A DNA stretch of 25,222 nt, filler included, from Dimargaris cristalligena (taxonomy: Eukaryota): assembly GCA_003614675.1 (NCBI GenBank). It is 12 parts of 12 records of this genome, joined end to end, with 100 filler letters (N's around TTAATTAATTAA, not from the genome) between each part and the next. Parts side by side here need not be neighbours in the genome. Positions count along the whole stretch, not along the records: positions 1 to 2,018 come from ML004416.1; positions 2,119 to 4,135 come from ML004417.1; positions 4,236 to 6,252 come from ML004418.1; positions 6,353 to 8,368 come from ML004419.1; 8 more parts are not named here. The stretch is one strand, 5' to 3'. Under the pieces are notes generated by a model, which was not told the origin of the DNA, did not search any database, and saw only the letters and a program-made list of their open reading frames with translations. A program made the translations under genes and the position numbers. Numbering within the stretch: position 1 is the first letter of the stretch; every line of letters starts with the position of its first letter. Positions 1 through 8,468 of the stretch are shown one piece after another.

Positions 1-369
1 ACTGAGCTGGGCGAGCGCGTGACCCGCACTACCCTTGTGCTCCGTGACGACAAGGTGACTCTGTTTAGTGAGGATGGTCGGGTCGACCTGACCCTGCCCA
101 AACCGACCTATTTGAGCGGAGCCGGAGCATCTGAGGCCGCGGGTTCCGTCAAAACCCCCATGCCCTGTAAGATTTCGCAGGTCTTGGTGGAAGCTGGTCA
201 GACGGTGGAGAAGAATACGCCCCTAGTGATTCTGGAGGCCATGAAGATGGAGCACGTCGTACGGGCCCCATTCGCCGGTAAGATCAAGGAAGTCTTCTAC
301 CAGGTCGGCGATATGGTACCGGAGAATAAGAGCCTAGTTGAATTGGAGAATACCGAAGACGCCAAATAG
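1..369 (+). CDS. MCCC1: 3' end of a biotin-dependent carboxylase alpha subunit (biotinyl carrier domain), most likely 3-methylcrotonyl-CoA carboxylase alpha; 5'-truncated
   Basis: Frame open from base 1 (TELGERVTRTTL...). Biotin attachment motif EAMKMEH preceded by TPMPCKISQVLVEAGQTV; the protein ends just after the lipoyl/biotinyl domain (TAG 367-369), as in MCC/PCC alpha subunits. MCC versus PCC/urea carboxylase is inference. Confidence 0.75.
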   Translation, partial: TELGERVTRTTLVLRDDKVTLFSEDGRVDLTLPKPTYLSGAGASEAAGSVKTPMPCKISQVLVEAGQTVEKNTPLVILEAMKMEHVVRAPFAGKIKEVFYQVGDMVPENKSLVELENTEDAK

Positions 370-743
370 GTGTCCCGACAACTACAGGAATGGAGGGCCT
401 AATGCCTTGGGCACTTTCATTCGTATTATGAGGGAGTTACTATTCGCCATGATGACCCTGGCGCTTCTTTCGGGGCAGTCGCCATAATCCTTCATTGCGT
501 TTGCCACTATAGACTTCAGTTATCTTGGAGAGTATTGACCTGTTATTACTATTGCCCATTTGTGAATCAATATCAATATATATTTTTGTGTGATCGGGTT
601 GGAAAGAGTGATGGATAGCTACGCACCATGCCAGATACGATAGCAGCAGATGGTTTATTACTGTATACCTTAAATGAAGATAATCGGCAAGAAAAAAACT
701 AGAAAAGGCGATTGGAGTGTGTACGCGGTGTATGGGAAACCGA

Positions 744-1789
744 TTAAAACCCGGGCTTGGGGTTAGAATTCTTACAGCTAGGTGGGATTTCGGATTCCGG
801 ATCAATAGGATCATGGAGCACTTCACCAATGTAGTAGTACTTATAGTGGTTGTCGTAGAACTTTTGCCAGCCTTTCACAGACTGGCTCAATTCCAAATGA
901 TATAAAGTTGATATCCACCATGGTTGCAGGGGTGGTACATGTATAGTAGGTTAGTATATAATAATATCGAATTCGTTCGGAAATCTACCCCCGAAGATGC
1001 AAAAGGCGAGGCTAGCCTACCATTTTCCCGATCTAAGCGGCCTGTGCCATTAGCACCGGTTTCTTCACTGAAGCCCCAATATTTCACCCTAAAGGTAAGG
1101 TGAATTGAAGTTGTTGGAAGGTATTTAATCGTATAGTGGAATTCGGGAAACTTACATCCAACTGGTACTGCGTGAGTCCGCGGAGATCATGGGTATAGTG
1201 GGCCGGAAAGCGCAGGCAATTGGTGCCCCACGCACGGGCAGCGTCGCGTCCGGCGAAGAACTCGTAAGAACCGCCCTGTAATTCCATATATGCAAATGTA
1301 ATACGTTAGTAAGTACCATTCCGTGGGTGGGTGTTTCTATTTTTTTAGCATCGCGGTAATGGCAAAGTGGAAAATGAGGGCCTTTGAATTTCGCCAAAGA
1401 AAATACGAATAGATGGCCAGCTTGGGGTTTCCGTTGGTTCTTCTCATTAAGTATATATATATATATATATATATTTAACACTATACTTACCCGGCCGTAC
1501 CAATCGATACCCTCAGATACATCATAGACACGGCCACTATTGGATAGAGCCCATTGATTAAAGTACGGTTTGGGGGAGGGGTTATTAGTCGGTGATTGTA
1601 GGTATGAATCAAGTGATATATACGACCTTCGAGTCACACTAGAGCATCCGGATTTTGATAGATGAGACTTCAAATGAAATAGCTAAGGATAGGCCTAGTG
1701 ACTTACGCAATAGCGATGTAAATCGGGAGGGATTCGTCGGACCCATCAAACTTCGCCAGCTCCGCCTCGGTCAGGACCAGCTTTTTGCG
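744..1789 (-). CDS. MAPR family cytochrome b5-like heme/steroid-binding protein (Dap1/neuferricin-like), 4 exons, 5' exon(s) missing
   Basis: Hand-spliced exons 1789-1707, 1536-1491, 1275-1156, 881-744, with GTAAGT donors, AG acceptors and consistent phase. Product: RKKLVLTEAELAKFDGSDESLPIYIAIAGRVYDVSEGIDWYGRGGSYEFFAGRDAARAWGTNC...SVKGWQKFYDNHYKYYYIGEVLHDPIDPESEIPPSCKNSNPKPGF*. The ELAKFDG, IYIAI-G-VYDVS, YGxGGSY-FAGRDA and KY-IG motifs are diagnostic. Confidence 0.9.
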
Positions 1790-2018
1790 CTGGATAGTAG
1801 AACAATCAGAACCAGAGGAAATGGTTCAAAATAGGTAAATCGAGGAAGGTGGAGAGAAAGGGAGTTGGGAAGGGTGAATTCGCGTTGGTTGGAATGCGGC
1901 AAGGTTTGGTTCAGGGGGATTTATATGTAAATTAGGATGACCGGCTGGAGGAACCGTATCCGCCCTCCATTTTACAGCACATCCAACCCCCCCCCCCCCC
2001 AAATGAGACCCATTAAAA

Positions 2019-2118
2019 NNNNNNNNNNNNNNNNNNNNNNNNNNNNNNNNNNNNNNNNNNNNTTAATTAATTAANNNNNNNNNNNNNNNNNNNNNNNNNN
2101 NNNNNNNNNNNNNNNNNN
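2019..2118. other. Artificial contig linker (44 N + TTAATTAATTAA + 44 N); identical linkers at 4136-4235, 6253-6352, 8369-8468, 10485-10584, 12596-12695, 14707-14806, 16813-16912, 18918-19017, 21021-21120, 23123-23222
   Basis: Eleven identical 100-bp spacers whose core gives stops in all six frames; flanking contigs decrease in length down to 2000 bp. Confidence 0.98.
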
Positions 2119-2424
2119 GCTCCGCTTTTGTACGTATTGCGATCATTCCCCTCTACTTATTTGCATAGCAACCCTCAAGCCTGCCCGGCCACTTCGATAA
2201 GAAGTCAAAAGGAGGGGGAAAAGAAGCTGGCGGTGGGCGGAAAGGCGAGGTGCTGGTCGGATGATGTGCGATTCCCCTGCCCGACGGACGTCGCCATTGC
2301 AGCGCCTCATCTTCCGATGCACGTTCACACTTCCAACCCCGCCGCCACAAAGATACACCATCATCGCAACTGGCACGTTATGTTGAGAAATCAGACAAAA
2401 GAGAAAACCGTTCTCGTTACATCT

Positions 2425-2844
2425 TCACATCAGCATCCCAGCCGTCGAAGCATACAAAGTGCGGAATACCAACCGCCGACGCAGCTCCTTCTTCGGATCC
2501 AGAGGCCCGCAGTAGCAGCTCGCAAACAACCCCTTCTGCCTCTTCACCGCCGATTGATCAACGCCATCCTCCAACGCCCCCAGACCCCGCTTCAGAGGAA
2601 CACTCGTCGTGTCGCTCGCGTCCTGGTCCGCCCGCTGCTGCATCCCGCCGCTCCTCCCGTCGCCCGCGTCGGCGGTCGCGGAGACTTGCGCCGCGGCTGC
2701 GCCTCCCCCGTGACGTTGAATAGCGTCGGGGTCGGTCGCATTGGAGGTGTGAAGCGGAAGGTGTTGGTTGGGAAACGCGTGGGAGGAGCCGGGGGTGGGT
2801 GTGGCGGTGGGGAGGGAGGTGCGGGGTGGTGGGTTTGGAGCCAT
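2425..2844 (-). CDS. Hypothetical low-complexity protein (possible first exon or pseudogene)
   Basis: ATG-initiated 139-aa ORF with a disordered P/A/G-rich N-terminus, an NLS-like KR...KRQK and a CYCG motif. No family recognised. Confidence 0.3.
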   Translation of the reverse strand: MAPNPPPRTSLPTATPTPGSSHAFPNQHLPLHTSNATDPDAIQRHGGGAAAAQVSATADAGDGRSGGMQQRADQDASDTTSVPLKRGLGALEDGVDQSAVKRQKGLFASCYCGPLDPKKELRRRLVFRTLYASTAGMLM

Positions 2845-2952
2845 GTCGGGGGAGAGGGTTGGCGTGGCTTTTGATGCAAGGTTGTGGAGGTGGGCTGCTC
2901 AAGGCGGGTGGTTCGTGGATTGCTTCGCGAAGCGCGTGCTTGTAACGCGCCA

Positions 2953-3313
2953 GGAATAGCTTCGGAGTTCGGACGACAGTCTTGTTCGAGCTCCCCAGGA
3001 GTATTCTGATGGAACCCCGGCGCAAGGTTCGGGACTCTGACTTCCTACATCTGCCTTTCCCCGGCTCGATGCCTCGCGTCGCTCGCTCCACCGAACATCG
3101 CGAAGTTCTTCCCCCAAAGTCCCCCTTTTTTTGGGAAGCAGTCGAGTCGAATGTTCCCAGAGGTGTTTGCGAGGGGGAGAATAGTGCGACTTGGTGGTTG
3201 CTTCAACGGCTTCAACCGCACCATACACACGCATCCGCCATTTAAGTGGTTGAACCTCAACGGGGGAAGCCAACTGCCAGTTCAATCCCATTGCTCCGTC
3301 GATTAGGGCAGCC
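2953..3313 (+). repeat. Diverged direct repeat, copy 1 (about 360 bp)
   Basis: Shares collinear blocks with 3724-4087: GGAATAGCTTC, CTTGTTCGAGCTC, TCGCGTCGCTCGCT, GGAAGCAGTCGAGTCGAATG, GCTTCAACGGCTTCAACCGCACCA, GAAGCCAACTGCCAGTTCAA. Confidence 0.85.
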
Positions 3314-3723
3314 TTCCACCGGACCTCTCGAAGTCTGCCTTGGGTTTCGATGCCATATCCCAGATAAAACCTTGAGAGTCCTTCGGGCTTGAACATTGCT
3401 GGCAGTCTGGACGGATTTTCCGCCAAGACTTTGTGCGTGGATGGAGGAGGAAAACAGCATGGTTGGTTCAAAGTTTCGACCCCACGGGATCCCGAGAACT
3501 TGTATTCATTTCTGATCAATAGGTTAAAAAGGAGACCGCCCCCCCCCCCTTCCAATCTGTCTCCGTTATTCACGAGCTCCGAAAGCCAGGCTGGCTCACA
3601 ACGTTTCCTCCGCGCAAAGTCTGATCGCCAACGCCCTCCTTCATCCAAAGACAGTCTGGGGAATTACTGTCTTTTTGTTATATACATTTTTCGGCTCTGC
3701 TGCTGCGCCTGACCTTCCTGCAT

Positions 3724-4087
3724 GGAATAGCTTCAGACTTTCTCATCCTTGTTCGAGCTCGCCAACATGTTCAGATGGAGCCCCGGCACAACTTCCGGGA
3801 CTTCGACTTCCGACTTGCATTTCCCCAGTTCGCTGCATCGCGTCGCTCGCTTCACCGAATAGTCTGTAGCTCTGTCTCCTTTCGCCTTTTTTTTGGAAGC
3901 AGTCGAGTCGAATGGACAAGAACCCGTGTGATCATTCCCCGAGGTGTTTGTGATAAGCAAAAAAGTACGACTTTGTGGCTGCTTCAACGGCTTCAACCGC
4001 ACCACACCACACACGAGAAGCTTGCATCCTCCAGAAGCCAACTGCCAGTTCAACCCCATCGCTCCCTCGATTACATACGAGGCAGCC
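3724..4087 (+). repeat. Diverged direct repeat, copy 2 (about 360 bp)
   Basis: Same blocks as 2953-3313, offset by about 770 bp, with indels between the blocks. Confidence 0.85.
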
Positions 4088-4235
4088 GCGAGCGGTCCAC
4101 CGAACCGATTCGCGATAATCAAACTGCCAACGTCTNNNNNNNNNNNNNNNNNNNNNNNNNNNNNNNNNNNNNNNNNNNNTTAATTAATTAANNNNNNNNN
4201 NNNNNNNNNNNNNNNNNNNNNNNNNNNNNNNNNNN

Positions 4236-4859
4236 CTCATAATTAAAGATATAAAGAAAAGTCTTGATGTTGTTGACTTTGTTCCAAATGAAGATAGGAT
4301 ATTTGCATTCTTGAAAGGTACTACACCAGAGTCCATCAGGGCAATAATAATAGGACAAGATCCCTACCAAAGAAGTCAAGAAGCCATCGGTATAGCATTC
4401 TCGGTTCCTAAGAGATTAGGATATATTACACAATCTGTGAAAAACATACATAAGGAGTTGGAGCTAGAGTATGGCAGCAAGTTTCAAGATCCTCGTCACG
4501 CCTCCCTTAGAAGGTGGAGATCACAACAGGTACTTCTTATTAACAGTGCGCTAACTGTCCCTCCTTATGGAAGATATCATGATCCTAACGATATAAGAAA
4601 CAAGAAACACTACGACATATGGTTTTCTCTTATAGTAACTTTATTAAATTATCTTACTAAAATGCATAATAAGATGATCATAATGATGTGGGGTCATATT
4701 GCTAAAAGGTTTGAAGATGAGATCGAGAAGAAACCCTCATTCCTCTATCTGTTTGCTCCTCATCCAGTCAATCGAGAGGGTAAGTTTTTGGGTAATGGAA
4801 ACTTTAAGGCTGCAGATGAGTATATGGGAAAGAGAAAGGTTAATTGGTGTGATCTATAA
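4236..4859 (+). CDS. ung: Family-1 uracil-DNA glycosylase, large DNA virus-like; 5'-truncated
   Basis: Frame open from the contig edge (LIIKDIKKSLDVVDFVPNEDRIFAFLKGTTPESIRAIII...). Water-activating loop GQDPY, AIGIAFSV, SVKNIHKEL, uracil-binding VLLINSALTV, IMMWG and C-terminal HP motif (HPVNR). No introns. Confidence 0.93.
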   Translation, partial: LIIKDIKKSLDVVDFVPNEDRIFAFLKGTTPESIRAIIIGQDPYQRSQEAIGIAFSVPKRLGYITQSVKNIHKELELEYGSKFQDPRHASLRRWRSQQVLLINSALTVPPYGRYHDPNDIRNKKHYDIWFSLIVTLLNYLTKMHNKMIIMMWGHIAKRFEDEIEKKPSFLYLFAPHPVNREGKFLGNGNFKAADEYMGKRKVNWCDL

Positions 4860-4886
4860 AAGCTTTTTAAAGTACAAACTGTCTAG

Positions 4887-6251
4887 TTAGTTCCTTCTTC
4901 TTTCAGCACCTCTGATTACTGTTTTGTTCTTGTTCTCCTTCTTTCTGAATGATGCATTTATAACTACTCTATCTCTATTGATCTTGAATTTCCTTCCTTC
5001 TAGGTATTCTCTAAAGTATCTTGAGTCTTTAGCTCTAGTTCCAGGGTTATTGACTTCATTCCATTCCTTATATTTAAGGTACATGTCTGTTTCAAATACC
5101 ATTGCCTTAGGATTCGGTTCCATGACAACACACTCACTAAGGTACATAGCAATAGGATCTCCTTTAACTATGAACCTCTGAGTTGCATCTGCTATTATCT
5201 TGGAGTGGGGAAGACCTTGAGACTGGTATTTGTCATAGTATTTGTGAAGAAGATATCTTGCGAAGTGAGTGGTGACTCCTCTCAGTTTATTCATTAGGTC
5301 TTTGTCCATTTTCTTACAGTACATCCTACTTGATTCGTCTTCTAATATTTCCTTGTCGGGATCTGAAGAGAAACTAGTCATGAAGGGGATCACTATAACT
5401 CTCCAGGCAAGAGCTTTGTCTATAACACCCATGCTAAAGTCTAGGTTAGCAGATACTATGACTTTACAGTCTATCTTGATCTTTCTCATACTCTCAAACA
5501 GGTTTCTGCAAGTAGTGTAAAGTTCTCCACCCGTTATGGCTTTAGCGAAACCTGAGTTGAAAGTTGAGTTCTTGTCAGGTTCCTGGTACATTACTACTCT
5601 TACTTTGTCCATTAGCATCATATCAGGAGAAGCACCAGATGCTGCAGTTCTTTTTCCCATGATCTGGCTGGTTGGAGGTCTATGTGAGTAAGATCCAAAT
5701 GTGAGATCTATCAGGTTACACAGAAGAGTTTTTCCATTGTTACCATCTCCTAAAAACACAGTCATAAGCTTATCTCTGTTTCCTTGTTGAAGCATCGAAG
5801 AGAGATAGGTAAGAGCATACTCCCTTACAGATTTATCTAGAAAGATAGAGTCTATAAAGGAGTAGAGTTCCTTCTTCTGTTCATTAATTTCCTCTTTAGT
5901 TAAAGATTCATCATACTGATAGTTACAATCCATTGATTTGATCATATAGTCATCTGGTCTTCCTGGTCTGAACCTTTGGTCGTTGGATGATTCTAAGTCG
6001 TATATGCCATCCTTGAATCTTACTAACTGTTTAGTATCTGCCATCTCTATGAAGGATGAATCAACAAACTTGTGTTGTACTATCGTGAAAAGCTTTATAG
6101 TTAGTGAACCACCACTCTTGATAGTTGCAACTATGTTGTCTATTGCTGACTTGGTAGTCTTATCCTTGCAGAGTCTTGATGCAGAGGATATGGTATTGAC
6201 AAATCTAGTCTCGATAAGATTCTTTACTTCATACTCTGTTATCTTGTTCCA
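4887..6251 (-). CDS. D5-like primase-helicase (SF3 helicase, NCLDV type); 5'-truncated, primase domain off-contig
   Basis: Frame open from 6251 (WNKITEYEVKNLIETRF...DSSFIEMADTKQLVRFKDGIYDL). D5_N motifs F-DGIYDL and FRPGRPDDYMIKS; Walker A GDGNNGKT; Walker B VVMYQEP; FNSGFAKAITGGE; sensor VSAN; WRVIVIPF Arg-finger region; C-terminal winged-helix-like DPIAMYLSEC...DMYLKYKEW. Confidence 0.93.
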   Translation of the reverse strand, partial: WNKITEYEVKNLIETRFVNTISSASRLCKDKTTKSAIDNIVATIKSGGSLTIKLFTIVQHKFVDSSFIEMADTKQLVRFKDGIYDLESSNDQRFRPGRPDDYMIKSMDCNYQYDESLTKEEINEQKKELYSFIDSIFLDKSVREYALTYLSSMLQQGNRDKLMTVFLGDGNNGKTLLCNLIDLTFGSYSHRPPTSQIMGKRTAASGASPDMMLMDKVRVVMYQEPDKNSTFNSGFAKAITGGELYTTCRNLFESMRKIKIDCKVIVSANLDFSMGVIDKALAWRVIVIPFMTSFSSDPDKEILEDESSRMYCKKMDKDLMNKLRGVTTHFARYLLHKYYDKYQSQGLPHSKIIADATQRFIVKGDPIAMYLSECVVMEPNPKAMVFETDMYLKYKEWNEVNNPGTRAKDSRYFREYLEGRKFKINRDRVVINASFRKKENKNKTVIRGAERRRN

Positions 6252-6423
6252 CNNNNNNNNNNNNNNNNNNNNNNNNNNNNNNNNNNNNNNNNNNNNTTAA
6301 TTAATTAANNNNNNNNNNNNNNNNNNNNNNNNNNNNNNNNNNNNNNNNNNNNTAGACGGTCAAAGAGATGGAGGGGGCTATAAAAGAAAGGTAAAAATAG
6401 CCTCGAACGATGACGGTCTGGAT

Positions 6424-8368
6424 ATGGACTGGCCCTTCGGCGATAATGCCTTCGACACCAATTCACTACTAGATTTATCGGCCACGGACGATTCACAGCC
6501 CCCGCCGGCCACCAGTGGTGCCCCGGCTAGAACCGCTCCCACCACCAGTGGCCCAGCTGATTTGCAGCGGCTGCCCCACCCAAGTGCCGCCCCCCTCGGC
6601 ATGGCCCACCATCCTATGGCTAATATGTCCCAAACCAACATGTCCCAAACCAACATGGCACGGCCTCTATCCGCCCATCCCATGTCAACTCCGGGCCCAA
6701 TAGGACCGCCTCCCGTCAGCGCTCCCGCCTCGATGCATGGCCAGCCCATGCAGTTTCCCCCATCGGCCGGGCGACCGGCTCCGATCCCGCTAGTCAACCC
6801 CACAGCCCCTGGCCCTCCCCGGCCATTCCCAATGAATATGGCCACCCTCCAGATGCTCGCGGCCAACGGTCAGCTTACCCCACAGATGCATGCCCAATTT
6901 ATGCAACAAATGGCTAACGCCCAGCGTATGTACGGTAATCAACCCGGAGTCATGCACCAAATGGCCCCTCCCGGTAACTTTGGTCCCGGTATGAACCAAC
7001 CCGGCGGGCCCTACCCCGGTATGTCCGTCAACCCGATGATGAACCATCTCAACAACCCTATGCTTAAAGGACCACCCAAGGCCGGTAATCAAGGCCACCC
7101 CCACCTCGGGCACCCCCGTCCCGGTGGGAATCCGTACCCGCCCCATATGGGAGGCCTCACGATGGGCCCCCCCGGCGGATTGCCGGTAAATCTTCCGCGG
7201 TCGACGACGCCCACCCAGAACCCCAATTTCCGGCAGTCCCCCATGTCTTCGCCTGCTACTCACATGGCCGGCGGTGGTGGCGGCGCTCTCCAGTCCCCGC
7301 CCATCCCGGCGTCCAAACTCCCCGGTACCGGCTGGAATCCTGCCGCTTCGGTGGACAGTCCCACCCTCCGGGGCATGGGCAGTCCCCTCTCGCAGACACC
7401 CGGTATCGCCAAATCGACTACTCCCGGAAAGAGTGCCGCGAAACCCTCACTTAAGGGTGGTCCGATGGACGGGACCGACTCTATGGCTCACCAGCCTAAA
7501 GAGACCCCTCCTAAAACGCCTGGCCCGGGTAAACAGGGTAGTGAATCGCGGGCGTCCGAGGAACCCGTCGCTACTCCCCGGAAACTGACCTATAATCCCA
7601 TGGTCGCCGGTAAAACCACTCTAAAGAAAATTGAACAACTGCAGGCGGGACTGACCTTCCCGGAGGATTGTATCAATCCCGGTATGCTCCGGCGTCTTCT
7701 GGACATGTCTTATGCCGAGTTCTCCGCCTTCTGTACCGAATTCCTAAAGGATTTCGTAGTGAAGAACCCGGAGCGACGTAACGTGAAAGAGTTCAAAAAC
7801 CCCCAGCTCGATAATACCGATGTGGATCTGCAGAAACTCTTCTGGTTCGTCATTGGGTCGGGCGGCTTTCTCGAAGTGGCCAAGCAAAAGCTATGGAAGG
7901 CCATCGGCCTGGAAATGCGGGTCAGCCAAAACAACCCAGCGGCCCCACTACTTCGTCGCTGGTACGATGACTTTTTACTGCCCCTCGAAGAGGCCTTTGT
8001 GTACCCGCGGGACGGGGACGCCATTGCCGAGATGGAGGCCAATGTAGCAGCCAAGAACCGCAAATCGAAGATGGCCAAGCGGAAAGCTAACCAGCTTGAG
8101 CCTATCATGTCACCGTCCATGTCAAGTCCCGGGGAGACCCCCGAACCTCTACCGAGTGACCTTCACCACGGATCCACGCCCAACCCCTTCACGCCCAGTA
8201 AAACACCCACGACGGCCGCCCATACCCCGAATACGAACTCGTTGAATGCGTACCATCCTGCTAAACGGTCCCGCAATACGTCCGTCTCCCAGATGAACCC
8301 GAACGTGACCAAGTCGGTACCCGCGCCTACCCCGCAATCGTGGCATGCCTCGGAGTATCAGTCCAACC
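6424..8368 (+). CDS. ARID/BRIGHT domain chromatin protein (Swi1/ARID1-like architecture) with a long P/G/M/Q/N-rich N-terminus; 3'-truncated
   Basis: Uninterrupted ORF to the contig end. ARID at about 7720-8000: PQLDNTDVDLQKLFWFVIGSGGFLEVAKQKLWKAIGLEM...LLRRWYDDFLLPLEEAF. TATAAAAG lies about 40 bp upstream of the ATG. Confidence 0.85.
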
Positions 8369-8468
8369 NNNNNNNNNNNNNNNNNNNNNNNNNNNNNNNN
8401 NNNNNNNNNNNNTTAATTAATTAANNNNNNNNNNNNNNNNNNNNNNNNNNNNNNNNNNNNNNNNNNNN

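Noticed and set aside
440-1673. Track ORFs 440-829, 717-905, 887-1087 and 1152-1673 as separate genes
   Set aside because: They are off-frame, antisense or intron read-through products of the spliced MAPR gene.
1453-2000. (TA)n tract near 1453-1474 and poly-C at 1987-2000
   Set aside because: Ordinary intronic microsatellite and homopolymer.
2128-3648. Long overlapping ORFs (248 aa +, 177 aa -, 249 aa -) in contig 2
   Set aside because: GC-rich, stop-poor sequence with no recognisable motifs; the frames are not conserved between the duplicated copies.
4857-4886. AAAAGCTTTT palindrome between the viral genes as a mimivirus-style hairpin terminator
   Set aside because: Only 10 bp, AT-rich and likely by chance; too short to support the claim.
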